Shown here one piece after another: positions 42,305 through 51,686 of a stretch of 64,000 nt of DNA. The notes under the pieces are model-generated. The model saw nothing but the letters and a program-made list of their open reading frames with translations. It was not told where the DNA came from and did not search any database. Both the position numbers and the translations under genes were made by a program. The stretch spans positions 30,622 through 94,621 of the forward strand of contig SUUY01000001.1 of assembly GCA_015062285.1 (NCBI GenBank), written 5' to 3'. Source of the DNA: Alphaproteobacteria bacterium (GTDB lineage Bacteria > Pseudomonadota > Alphaproteobacteria > RF32 > CAG-239). Within the stretch, counting starts at the first letter, position 1. The number at the start of each line of letters is the position of its first letter.

Positions 42305-43996
42305 ATGGCTGATGTAAATTTGGATAAAAGGTTTGATATTCACGAAATCGCTAAAAATAAAAACGCAGAACTAGAAAAATATCGCTGCAGTATTTATTGT
42401 TGCCATTCAACCGGATGTAAGTCTTCAGGAAGTGATAGTATTATTGAAATTTTGAAAAATGCTATTGTTGAACACGGAATCGAAGATCAGGTTAGAATCG
42501 TTGCCACCGGATGTATGGGACTTTGTGCACAAGGTCCGTTGATTAGAGTGGAAGTAAAAGGGCAAAAAGATGTTTTGTATAAACGGATCGAGCCATTGGT
42601 AGCAAGACTTGTGGTTACAGAACACGTTGTTCCGGCATTAAAGATAGCTGAAGGCGAATCGTATGAGTTGCCGGCATTCTTACAAGAACATGTTTTGTCT
42701 TTGGATTTGCCGTTCTTTACAAAACAAGAAAAAGTTGTGTTAAGAGATGCAGGTCATATGGATCCGGAAGATATTCAAGAATATATTGCACGCGGCGGAT
42801 ATTTGGCTTTGGAAAAAGTTTTAAAAACCATGAAGCCTTCTGATGTTGTGGAAGAAATTAAAAAGTCTGGTTTGCGTGGCCGTGGTGGCGGTGGTTTTTC
42901 TACCGGTATGAAGTGGGAATTGGCCGCTAAAGTTCCTACTATTGATGAGAAATTTATTATCTGTAACGGTGATGAAGGAGACCCCGGTGCATATATGGAT
43001 CGTTCTATTTTGGAAGGTGATCCGCATTCGGTTATTGAAGGTATGATGATTGCGGCATATGCAATCGGTGCTACTCAAGGTTGGTTCTATGTTCGTGCTG
43101 AATATCCTTTGGCAGTAGAACGTTTGGATAAGGCTATTAAGGCTTGTAAAAAGAATCGCCTGTTGGGTAATAATATTATGGGTACAGATTTTAGCTTTAA
43201 TATTGAAATTAGGCTTGGTGCCGGCGCATTTGTTTGTGGTGAGGAAACCGCGTTGATTCATTCTATTGAAGGCAAAAGAGGTACTCCGCGTCCTCGTCCG
43301 CCATATCCGACAAATAAAGGTTTATGGGGTAAACCTTCTTGCGTGAATAACGTGGAAACACTCGGTAACATCACAAAGATTATCTTAAAAGGTGCTGATT
43401 GGTTTGCTTCTTATGGAACTGAGACCTCTAAGGGTACAAAAGTGTTTGCTTTAACCGGCCAAGTAGAGCATTCAGGTTTGATTGAAGTACCGATGGGTAC
43501 AACAATTAATGAAATTGTGAATGAAATCGGCGGTGGTGTTCCTAATGGTAAAAAGCTTAAAGCTGTTCAAACCGGCGGACCTTCAGGAGGTGTGATCCCG
43601 ACAGAATATTTGGATATGCCGGTGTGCTATGAAGAACTCAAAAAGCTTGGTTCTATTATGGGTTCGGGAGGTATGATTGTTATGGATGATACCTCGGACA
43701 TGGTAAATATTGCCAACTTCTATCTTGATTTTACGGTAGATGAATCTTGTGGTAAGTGTGCTCCATGTAGAATCGGCGGAAAACAAATGCTTTTGTTGCT
43801 TGAAAAGATTAATAAAGGAAAGGCGACAAAACAGGATTTGCAAGACTTAAAGAGAATTGCAACAGCTATGCAAAAAGCATCGCTTTGCGGATTAGGACAA
43901 ACAGCTCCGAATCCGGTGCTCTCTACCTTGAAGTTTTTTGAAAATGAATATTTGGAGAAACTTGTAGATAATAAACCTGCCGGTGAGGAGAAGTAA
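42305..43996 (+). CDS. hydB: [FeFe]-hydrogenase NuoF-like NAD(P)-binding flavoprotein subunit (HydB/HndC)
   Basis: N-terminal [2Fe-2S] domain (CCHSTGC, GCMGLCAQGP); GLRGRGGGGFSTGMKW NADH site; GAGAFVCGEETALIHSIEGKRG FMN site; C-terminal CGKCAPCR [4Fe-4S]. Confidence 0.88.
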   Translation: MADVNLDKRFDIHEIAKNKNAELEKYRCSIYCCHSTGCKSSGSDSIIEILKNAIVEHGIEDQVRIVATGCMGLCAQGPLIRVEVKGQKDVLYKRIEPLVARLVVTEHVVPALKIAEGESYELPAFLQEHVLSLDLPFFTKQEKVVLRDAGHMDPEDIQEYIARGGYLALEKVLKTMKPSDVVEEIKKSGLRGRGGGGFSTGMKWELAAKVPTIDEKFIICNGDEGDPGAYMDRSILEGDPHSVIEGMMIAAYAIGATQGWFYVRAEYPLAVERLDKAIKACKKNRLLGNNIMGTDFSFNIEIRLGAGAFVCGEETALIHSIEGKRGTPRPRPPYPTNKGLWGKPSCVNNVETLGNITKIILKGADWFASYGTETSKGTKVFALTGQVEHSGLIEVPMGTTINEIVNEIGGGVPNGKKLKAVQTGGPSGGVIPTEYLDMPVCYEELKKLGSIMGSGGMIVMDDTSDMVNIANFYLDFTVDESCGKCAPCRIGGKQMLLLLEKINKGKATKQDLQDLKRIATAMQKASLCGLGQTAPNPVLSTLKFFENEYLEKLVDNKPAGEEK

Positions 43997-43998
43997 TC

Positions 43999-45768
43999 AT
44001 GGTTAAGTTAAAAATTGATAATTTTGAAGTAAATGTTCCTGCCGGTACAACTATTTTGGAGGCAGCTCGTAAAGCTCATATTGATATTCCGACTTTGTGT
44101 AAGCATCCAGATGTGGATCCGAGTGCCGGTTGCGGAATGTGTATTGTGAAGGTTAACGGAAGAATCTTGCGTTCTTGTTGTACTCCGGTTGCCGAAGGTA
44201 TGGAAGTTATAACCGGTGACGCAGAAATAGTAGCTGTTCGTCGTACAGTATTGGAATTAATTTTGAGTAATCACCCTAACGAGTGTTTAACTTGTATTCG
44301 TTCCGGTCATTGTGAGTTGCAAGATTTGGCCAATACATTTGCAATCGAATCGTCTCGTTTGCCCAGTTTGAATAAAAAATTGGATAAGGACGAATCGACT
44401 AAATCTATTGTACTCGATCCTTCTAAGTGCGTGGTTTGCGGACGTTGTGTGGAAGTATGTCAAAACCAACAAAATGTTTGGGCCTTAAGCTATCTTAATC
44501 GTGGCTTGGCAACAAGAATTACTGCTGCCGGCGGAATCGATTTGGCAGATAGTCCGTGTATTAAGTGCGGTCAGTGTTCTGCTCATTGTCCGACAGGAGC
44601 TATTGTCGAGTATGATGAAACGCAAAAAGTTTGGGATATGCTTTGTGATCCGGAAATTGTTACCGTGGTTCAGATTGCTCCTGCTGTGAGAGTGGCTATA
44701 GGTGAAGAATTTGGCTATGATTTTGGTAAAAATTTGACCGGTAAAACATATGCTGCTTTGCGTAGATTAGGTTTTAACAAAGTATTTGATACAAACTTTG
44801 GTGCCGATTTGACAATTATTGAAGAGGCAACAGAATTTGTAAAACGCTTTACTGAGAATCCGGAAAGCTTGCCGATGTTTACATCTTGTTGTCCGGCTTG
44901 GGTTGATATGTTGGAAAAATATCATCATGATATGATAGATAATTTCTCAACCTGTAAGTCTCCGCAATCTATGGTGGGAGCTTTGGCAAAAACATATTAT
45001 GCGGAAAAAATGGCTATTAATCCGGCAAAAATTAAAGTTGTTTCCATTATGCCTTGTACGGCTAAAAAATGGGAAATTACCAGAAGCAAGGATATGAGCA
45101 GTTCAGGATATCAAGATGTTGATGTTTCTTTGACTACTCGTGAGCTTTGTCGAATGATTAAACAATCTGGAATTGATTTCCGTAATCTTCCGGAAGAAGA
45201 AGCAGATAATCCGCTTGGCGAATATTCAGGTGCCGGAACAATTTTTGGTGTTACCGGCGGTGTGATGACAGCGGCTTTACGTACGGCATATTTCTATATT
45301 ACCGGAAAAGAGCTGGGTGATTTGGAATTTAAGGAGATCGAAGGTCTGGAAGGTGTTAAGGAAGCCGAAGTTGATATTAAGGGTAACAAGGTGAAAATTG
45401 CAGTAGCTCATGGTTGCGGTAATATTGAGATAATTCTTAACAAGATTAGAGCTGCACGTGAAGCTGGTGAGCCAATGCCATATCACTTTGTAGAAGTTAT
45501 GGCTTGTCGTGGCGGTTGTATATCTGGCGGCGGTCAGCCTAGAGTTATGCTTCCGGGGCAACCTAAACCTCGTGGCATTACTGATGATATTCGTAAGAAA
45601 CGTGCGAAGGGCTTAATGAATGAAGACTTGAAAGCTGCAAATCGTTTGTCTCACCACAATGAGTCTGTAAAGACTCTTTATAAAGAATATTTGGGTGAAG
45701 CAGGCGGACATAGGGCACATGAGTTGTTGCATACAACATATGTGGCTCGTCCTAAGTACAAAAAATAA
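43999..45768 (+). CDS. hydA: [FeFe]-hydrogenase catalytic subunit HydA (H-cluster)
   Basis: N-terminal 2Fe-2S ferredoxin fold; two CxxCxxCxxxCP [4Fe-4S] motifs; H-cluster signatures L1 FTSCCPAW, L2 MPCTAKKWE, L3 EVMACRGGCISGGGQP. Confidence 0.92.
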   Translation: MVKLKIDNFEVNVPAGTTILEAARKAHIDIPTLCKHPDVDPSAGCGMCIVKVNGRILRSCCTPVAEGMEVITGDAEIVAVRRTVLELILSNHPNECLTCIRSGHCELQDLANTFAIESSRLPSLNKKLDKDESTKSIVLDPSKCVVCGRCVEVCQNQQNVWALSYLNRGLATRITAAGGIDLADSPCIKCGQCSAHCPTGAIVEYDETQKVWDMLCDPEIVTVVQIAPAVRVAIGEEFGYDFGKNLTGKTYAALRRLGFNKVFDTNFGADLTIIEEATEFVKRFTENPESLPMFTSCCPAWVDMLEKYHHDMIDNFSTCKSPQSMVGALAKTYYAEKMAINPAKIKVVSIMPCTAKKWEITRSKDMSSSGYQDVDVSLTTRELCRMIKQSGIDFRNLPEEEADNPLGEYSGAGTIFGVTGGVMTAALRTAYFYITGKELGDLEFKEIEGLEGVKEAEVDIKGNKVKIAVAHGCGNIEIILNKIRAAREAGEPMPYHFVEVMACRGGCISGGGQPRVMLPGQPKPRGITDDIRKKRAKGLMNEDLKAANRLSHHNESVKTLYKEYLGEAGGHRAHELLHTTYVARPKYKK

Positions 45769-45790
45769 GTTTTTATTAGCTTAAGATAAA

Positions 45791-45822
45791 AAGCAAGAGC
45801 AAAAAATGCTCTTGCTTCTTTG
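45791..45822 (+). terminator. Rho-independent terminator after hydA
   Basis: agcaagagc-aaaaaat-gctcttgct followed by tctttgt. Confidence 0.7.
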
Positions 45823-45984
45823 TATGTTAATTGAAGCCTTAAAAGAAGGTGTTTGATGATATTTAGAAAAAATGAAAGGCTGAAAATAATAAAATTATAG
45901 GCGAAAGCATATAATGCAAAAGAATTTTGTTGCAAAAAAAATTATTTATCATAAGCTGATTTCAGATATGTATGAAAGCATATT

Positions 45985-46156
45985 GAGGGCGTCGAAAACC
46001 CTTTATTACACTAGTCGTAAGCATAACGACTTAAATATTTATGCCGATTTCTGTCTTGGACGGATGTCGGTGAATAAGGCTCGATCCAAATAAGCCGAGC
46101 CGTTTAGTGTAATACGGTTTTCGAACATCCGCCCGCCTTTTTAGAGCGGGTTTTTT
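45985..46156 (+). ncRNA. Candidate ~170-nt structured RNA (6S-like sRNA or riboswitch-like leader) or MITE with imperfect 26-bp terminal inverted repeats, ending in an intrinsic terminator
   Basis: 5' gggcgtcgaaaaccctttattacact pairs with 3' agtgtaatacggttttcgaacatccgccc; internal hairpins agtcgt..acgact and ggctcg..cgagcc; then cccgc-ctttttaga-gcggg-tttttt. Confidence 0.35.
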
Positions 46157-46187
46157 CTTGGCAAATTATAGTGAAGGATGTTTGGTT

Positions 46188-46763
46188 ATGAAAAAGTTTT
46201 TGTTGGCGAGTGTTTTTGCTTTGAATGCATGTGGAACAATATTTAAGGGAACAACGCAGGAGATTGTTTTTGACTCAAGTGTAAGCAATACAAAAATATA
46301 TATAGATGGAATAGAGGTTTGCACAACTCCGTGTAAGGCTTTTGTTGATAGATCTTCTGATGCAATTCAAGTGGTAGGTAAGAAAAAAGGATATGAAAAC
46401 AAGGTAATAACTTTGCGTTCAACAATCAATAGAACATCTTATTGGAACCTTATAGGCATATATAGTTGGTCAACTGATGCCATAACAGGAGGGGTTTGGG
46501 AATACAAAAACAATCATGTATATTTGCAAATGGAGCCTAAGGGTATGAATGCATCTGAGCAGCAAATTTTTGATAAATTGAGTGAAGCGAAACATTTTGC
46601 ATTGTTTAACTTTGATAATTTGCGTTTGGAAGCAGCCAAAGGGATGTTTGGAGAATATACCAACGCTCTCAGTGAACTTAGTGCAATTGAGAATAAAAAA
46701 TTACAACAAATTGTGAGTAATTCGGATTCTGAAATAGAATTAGCCAATGCTTTGGGTAATTAG
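46188..46763 (+). CDS. Hypothetical lipoprotein
   Basis: MKKFLLASVFALNACGT signal/lipobox; start trimmed from 46158 to 46188 (RBS gaagga). Confidence 0.55.
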   Translation: MKKFLLASVFALNACGTIFKGTTQEIVFDSSVSNTKIYIDGIEVCTTPCKAFVDRSSDAIQVVGKKKGYENKVITLRSTINRTSYWNLIGIYSWSTDAITGGVWEYKNNHVYLQMEPKGMNASEQQIFDKLSEAKHFALFNFDNLRLEAAKGMFGEYTNALSELSAIENKKLQQIVSNSDSEIELANALGN

Positions 46764-47866
46764 CCATCTTCAAGATGCAAAAGTAAAGATACGGAAATAA
46801 GTGTTGCAATTAGGGTGGGGGTTGATACGGCAAGTCCTACCGGAATATAGCCGTTTATGCCAAAAGCATACACTAATTGGGTGAGAAAATAAACAATGAA
46901 TCCGGTAGTAATTCCACCTACAATTAAAAACATAACACCACCACGGCGATTGTTGGGGCGAAGAGCAAAAACGGCGGCAACTAATACCATTGAACATAGT
47001 AAAAATGGTGAAACTAATAAGGACAAATATCTCAATCTGTGTCTTATGGCTGAGAATCCTGATGTTTCGTAAAATTTGATGGTGTCAGGCAGATCCCAAA
47101 AAGAAATAGATTCCGGAGCAACAAAGTTTTCTTTGATTCTGTCTGCATCCAAAGATGTCTTATAGCTAAGAGAGTTTTTTGTTTCAATTGCTTGACCTGA
47201 GATATATATCTTTACGTCTTTAAGCTCAAAGTGTCCGTCTTTGAGAGTGCCAACAAAGGCTTCTAATCGACGACTTGGCTGAGATTTTCTATCCATTTCA
47301 AGAATTGTAACGTTGCGTAGGAGTAAGTCTTCTTTTTCTTGACGAAGGGATTTTGCCTGCAAAACCATGATATTATCTTCATCAAGGGCCTCTCTGATCC
47401 AAAGACCTTGATCAGAAAAAAGAACTGCTTTAGGGTTTTTTGTTTTTAAGCGATATTCTAGGGTTTCATACATGTCGTACATGTCGGCTGCGACCGGATT
47501 TATCAGTGTTACATTGATAATTCCTACCACAAAGGTTGCGGTTAAGACGGGGAGGAGAAAACCCCAAATGGAAACTCCGGCTGCTCGCATAATAACAAAT
47601 TCGTTTGTTTTGCTCAGTTTCCAAAAAGTTGCCATAGCGGCAATCATCATAACAAACGGAAAAACCATTTCGATGGTTTTAGGCATTTTGGTTATGGCCA
47701 TTTGAAGGATAAACCAAAAGCTTGCGTCATATTTGCTTGATGCCCTACGGAGTAATTCTACAATTTCGAACAACATAACAACACTTAAAACCATGAAAAG
47801 AACGGCAAAAAAATTGAGTAAAATTTGTTTAGTAAGATAGCGTCCTAAAATTGATGTGGGTTTCAT
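46760..47866 (-). CDS. LptF/LptG-family LPS export permease (YjgP/YjgQ)
   Basis: MKPTSILGRYLTKQILLNFFAVLFMVLS N-terminus and six-TM topology typical of the family; paralog of 40507-41634. Confidence 0.8.
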   Translation of the reverse strand: MKPTSILGRYLTKQILLNFFAVLFMVLSVVMLFEIVELLRRASSKYDASFWFILQMAITKMPKTIEMVFPFVMMIAAMATFWKLSKTNEFVIMRAAGVSIWGFLLPVLTATFVVGIINVTLINPVAADMYDMYETLEYRLKTKNPKAVLFSDQGLWIREALDEDNIMVLQAKSLRQEKEDLLLRNVTILEMDRKSQPSRRLEAFVGTLKDGHFELKDVKIYISGQAIETKNSLSYKTSLDADRIKENFVAPESISFWDLPDTIKFYETSGFSAIRHRLRYLSLLVSPFLLCSMVLVAAVFALRPNNRRGGVMFLIVGGITTGFIVYFLTQLVYAFGINGYIPVGLAVSTPTLIATLISVSLLLHLEDG

Positions 47867-48001
47867 GGTAATTGTTCTTTATATGGTTTTACGATAAACC
47901 TTAAGTTATCCGTATTTTTTTTACTTGGCAACTGTTTTATCAAATTTAGGCTTTTTTTAATGTTATTAGTATATGAATAAGTCTGATGAAAGAGGTTTTT
48001 T

Positions 48002-49300
48002 ATGTTTAAAAGTTGGCTAAATGCATCAAAAATATACTTTGATCGTCGGATGATCAAAATGTTGTTGTTAGGATTTTCAAGCGGTTTCCCGTATCTGTTG
48101 GTTTTTGGGACATTTAGCTTATGGCTTAAGGAAGCGGGGGTGTCTCTGGCGGCAATAGGTTTGTTTTCTCTAGCAAAAACACCTTTTAGCTTTAAATGGA
48201 TGTGGTCGCCGATTGTTGATAAAGTTTCGTTGCCCTTGTTTTGTCGCTTGGGGCGAAGACGCGGTTGGGCTTTGTTTTCGCAAATATGTTTGTTGTTTGC
48301 TGTTTTAGGAATGTCAGTGACTAATCCGGCTATAAATCCTTGGCATATGGCGGCTTTTGCTTTTTTGACTACGGTTGCAGCGGCAACTCAAGATATAGTT
48401 TTAGATGCATATCGAATTGAGAGTTTTAATAGTAGAGAACAAGGAGCAGGTGTTGCGATATTTGTTTTGGGGTATAGATTAGGAACAGTTTTTTCCGGAG
48501 CAGGAGCTTTGTTTATGGCCGCAATTATGGATTGGCAAGATGTGTATAAAATTATGTCGTTGGGAGCATTTGTCGGTATATTTACAATTTTAGGTTCAAA
48601 GGAAAATAAAGAATATGGTAAGTGTATAAAAAAACATGAGAATATTTCTTTTAAGAACAGAGTAATCAGATTTGTTAAAAATGCGGTGTACAATCCATTG
48701 GCTGATTTTGCTTACAGAGCAAATTGGTTTTGGATTTTGTTATTTGTATTTTTATATCGAATGAGTGATGCTTATATTGCTCCAATGGCGTATCCTTTTT
48801 ATGATGATATGGGATTTAGCAAGATTGAGATAGCATCAATTATTAAGGTGTATGGTGTAATTGCCACAATAGCTGGTACGTTGCTTGGTGGATTGATAGT
48901 AAGTAAGTTTGGAGTGATAAGGTCCTTGTTCATTTGCGGAATATTGCAGGGCTTTTCTAATTTGGTTTTTGTTTGGTTGGCATATTGCGGACATGATCTT
49001 TATGTTTTGATGGCAACCATATCTATAGAGAATATTTCCGGAGGAATGGGAACGGCGGCATTTGTGGCATATTTATCATCGCTTTGTAATAAATCATATA
49101 CGGCAACACAATATGCATTGTTGTCATCGTTTATGAGTTTGGCAAGAGATATTTTTGCCGCTACTTCCGGTTTTGTGGCGGCAAAAATATCTTGGGCAAT
49201 GTTCTTTTTTGCAACAAGCTTAATGTCTATGCCTGCACTGCTTATTTTGCTCTATTTGAATTGTAAAGCTAAACCTTATAAGGAAGTTTTGAGTAAATAA
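48002..49300 (+). CDS. ampG: AmpG-family MFS muropeptide permease
   Basis: LLGFSSGFPYLLV motif near N-terminus, 12+ TM segments. Confidence 0.75.
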   Translation: MFKSWLNASKIYFDRRMIKMLLLGFSSGFPYLLVFGTFSLWLKEAGVSLAAIGLFSLAKTPFSFKWMWSPIVDKVSLPLFCRLGRRRGWALFSQICLLFAVLGMSVTNPAINPWHMAAFAFLTTVAAATQDIVLDAYRIESFNSREQGAGVAIFVLGYRLGTVFSGAGALFMAAIMDWQDVYKIMSLGAFVGIFTILGSKENKEYGKCIKKHENISFKNRVIRFVKNAVYNPLADFAYRANWFWILLFVFLYRMSDAYIAPMAYPFYDDMGFSKIEIASIIKVYGVIATIAGTLLGGLIVSKFGVIRSLFICGILQGFSNLVFVWLAYCGHDLYVLMATISIENISGGMGTAAFVAYLSSLCNKSYTATQYALLSSFMSLARDIFAATSGFVAAKISWAMFFFATSLMSMPALLILLYLNCKAKPYKEVLSK

Positions 49301-50045
49301 ATTCGCTAAGCCAGTTGGGCAAAATTGATCCGAGCCATGCAGCAAAACGCATCGGCCAAGGAAATGTGATGAGCCCTATATTGCGTCTGATGCGGTCGCC
49401 GATGATTTCGGCAGCTTCTTCAGCTTCCATAAAGAAGGGCATGGGACAGTTGTTTTTATCGGTAATACGAGATCGAACAAATCCGGGGCAGATGACATTT
49501 ACTTGAATATCGTTAGGCAGTAAAGACAGCCTTAAGGCTTCACCCCATGCCTTGACGCAAGATTTACTGGCACTGTAAGACGGGCAAGTCATAAGTCCAT
49601 GATATCCGGCAATGGAGCTGGTGATGGCAATAGCTTTTGTGGAGTTATCTGAACGTTCTTTGTATATATCAATTGCAGGCAATACGGTATTTACAACACC
49701 CATTACATTAGTGTTAAAAGTGTTGTATGCATTTTCGGAGTTTTCTTCTCCGGTTGAGATACCAGCGTTGGCAAAAACTAAATTTAAAGGAGCTTTGTTG
49801 TTGCACTCTTTTATCCATTCGGAGACAGTATCTTTATTTGTAACATCTATTTTTTTTGTGTATACTTTGGTGTTTTTGTATTCTTGGCAGGCTTTGGCGG
49901 TTTCGGTGAGCCTCTTAGTGTTTCTGCCGCATAGAAATAAATTTTCTGCTCCGTGAGATGCGTAGTACAAAGCTAAGGCCTCTCCAATTCCGCTTGAGGC
50001 ACCGGTTATCAGTATGTTTTTAAATCCAGACATTTTTTTCTCCAA
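49269..50045 (-). CDS. Short-chain dehydrogenase/reductase (SDR)
   Basis: ILITGASSGIGEAL Rossmann motif; YSASK catalytic motif. Confidence 0.8.
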   Translation of the reverse strand: MEKKMSGFKNILITGASSGIGEALALYYASHGAENLFLCGRNTKRLTETAKACQEYKNTKVYTKKIDVTNKDTVSEWIKECNNKAPLNLVFANAGISTGEENSENAYNTFNTNVMGVVNTVLPAIDIYKERSDNSTKAIAITSSIAGYHGLMTCPSYSASKSCVKAWGEALRLSLLPNDIQVNVICPGFVRSRITDKNNCPMPFFMEAEEAAEIIGDRIRRNIGLITFPWPMRFAAWLGSILPNWLSEFIYSKLPYKV

Positions 50046-50106
50046 AGTAAAAACTTTTTAAATATTTTGTTATAAAACAGATGTAAACCAATGAAGGAGT
50101 TTTGAG

Positions 50107-51009
50107 GTGAGTATAGCAAGTATGACCGGTTTTGCAAGATCTGCCGGTGAATTTAATACAGATTTGCACAATATTTGTTGGCAGTTTGAAATTAAAAGCG
50201 TTAATGGAAAAGTTTTGGATATTAAAACAAAACTTCCGCTCCAATATGATGATTTATCTTTTGAATTGAAAAGAATTGCTGCAAAATATTTACAAAGGGG
50301 AAATGTTAGTGTTTTTTTAGAGCTAAAAAATACAAAGAGCGAAGCAACCCCACAAATCAATCAGGAATTTCTGTATGAGCTGACAAATAAAGCTCTGGAT
50401 TTGTATCGTAGTTATTCCGGTGAAGTAGAGAAACCTCGCAGCAGTGAATTATTGGCAATGCGGGGTGTTGTAGAGATTATTGAAACGCCACTCTCTGATG
50501 AAGAAGAATGTAAATTAAGAACAGCATTGTTGGAAGATTTTGAGAACTTATGTGAAAAACTTTGTGAAGACAGGCAGAAAGAAGGCGAGAAAATAAAGCA
50601 GGCATTGATTGATATTTTACAACAGATAAATACTATTGTGTCTAAGGTTGAAAAAATTGCAGAGACACTGCCGGAAAAAATTAAAGCCAAACTTGAAGAA
50701 CAGTTAAAGCTATGGTTGGGAGATGCCTCTATTAGTGAAGATCGTCTAGCGCAGGAAGTTGTGTTTTATGTTACAAAAGCAGATATTAAAGAAGAAATAG
50801 ATAGGCTTAAAGCACATTTAAAAAGTGCGCGAGAGTTTTTGGATGGTTCCGATGCTGTGGGAAGAAGACTGGATTTTTTGTGTCAGGAATTAAACAGAGA
50901 AGCCAATACCACATGTTCAAAGTCTTCAGATATTGTATTAACAGCATGTGGAATGGAGCTGAAAGCTCTTATTGAACAATTTAGAGAACAGGTCCAAAAT
51001 ATTGAGTAA
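50107..51009 (+). CDS. yicC: YicC-family protein
   Basis: N-terminal SMTGFAR...W..E.KSVN pattern; conserved adjacency to gmk. Confidence 0.75.
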   Translation: MSIASMTGFARSAGEFNTDLHNICWQFEIKSVNGKVLDIKTKLPLQYDDLSFELKRIAAKYLQRGNVSVFLELKNTKSEATPQINQEFLYELTNKALDLYRSYSGEVEKPRSSELLAMRGVVEIIETPLSDEEECKLRTALLEDFENLCEKLCEDRQKEGEKIKQALIDILQQINTIVSKVEKIAETLPEKIKAKLEEQLKLWLGDASISEDRLAQEVVFYVTKADIKEEIDRLKAHLKSAREFLDGSDAVGRRLDFLCQELNREANTTCSKSSDIVLTACGMELKALIEQFREQVQNIE

Positions 51010-51020
51010 GGAAGAGTGCT

Positions 51021-51686
51021 ATGAATAAGATCATTAACAGACTAAGAAAAGTGCGTAAAGGTGCAATGTTTATTATCGAGGCTCCTTCCGGAACCGGTAA
51101 GGGTACGGTAATTAAAGAGTTGCTTAAGAATGATTCTAATATAAAATTTTCTGTTTCAGTGACGACCCGTCCCCCACGAGAAGGTGAAGTTGATGGTGTT
51201 GATTACTATTTTGTGACTAATGAACAATATGATGAATTTTTAGCTAAAGATGCTTTTTATGAATATGTTGATTCTCAATATGGTTCAAGGTATGGAACAC
51301 TTCGATCGGAAGTAGATAGCTTTATTAATGTCGGACAAGATGTGATGTTTGATATGGATTGGGCCGGTGCCAGACAAATGAAAGAAAAAGCAGGATCTGA
51401 TGTAGTAACAATTTATCTGCTTCCTCCTTCAATAAAAGAATTGCGTCAACGTCTTGAAAACAGAGGCACGGATTCCAAAGAAGTGATAGAACAGCGCATG
51501 GGAATTATTTTAGACAAGATGAGTCATTGGGACGAGTTTGATTATGTGATTGTAAATGTGGATCTGCAAGAAACAGTGACCAAAATTCAAAAAATTATAT
51601 CGGGCGAAAGAATGAAGAGGGTTCGTCAAGTCGGGCTTAAAAAGTTTGTAAAAGAATTAGTAAATGAAGTAAAGCAAGAAGCTTAG
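51021..51686 (+). CDS. gmk: Guanylate kinase
   Basis: P-loop APSGTGKGT; GMP-binding region. Confidence 0.88.
   Translation: MNKIINRLRKVRKGAMFIIEAPSGTGKGTVIKELLKNDSNIKFSVSVTTRPPREGEVDGVDYYFVTNEQYDEFLAKDAFYEYVDSQYGSRYGTLRSEVDSFINVGQDVMFDMDWAGARQMKEKAGSDVVTIYLLPPSIKELRQRLENRGTDSKEVIEQRMGIILDKMSHWDEFDYVIVNVDLQETVTKIQKIISGERMKRVRQVGLKKFVKELVNEVKQEA

Noticed and set aside
43583-45561. Minus-strand ORFs inside hydB/hydA (42821-43261, 43583-43843, 45277-45561)
   Set aside because: They are antisense within genes that have strong, motif-level support on the plus strand.
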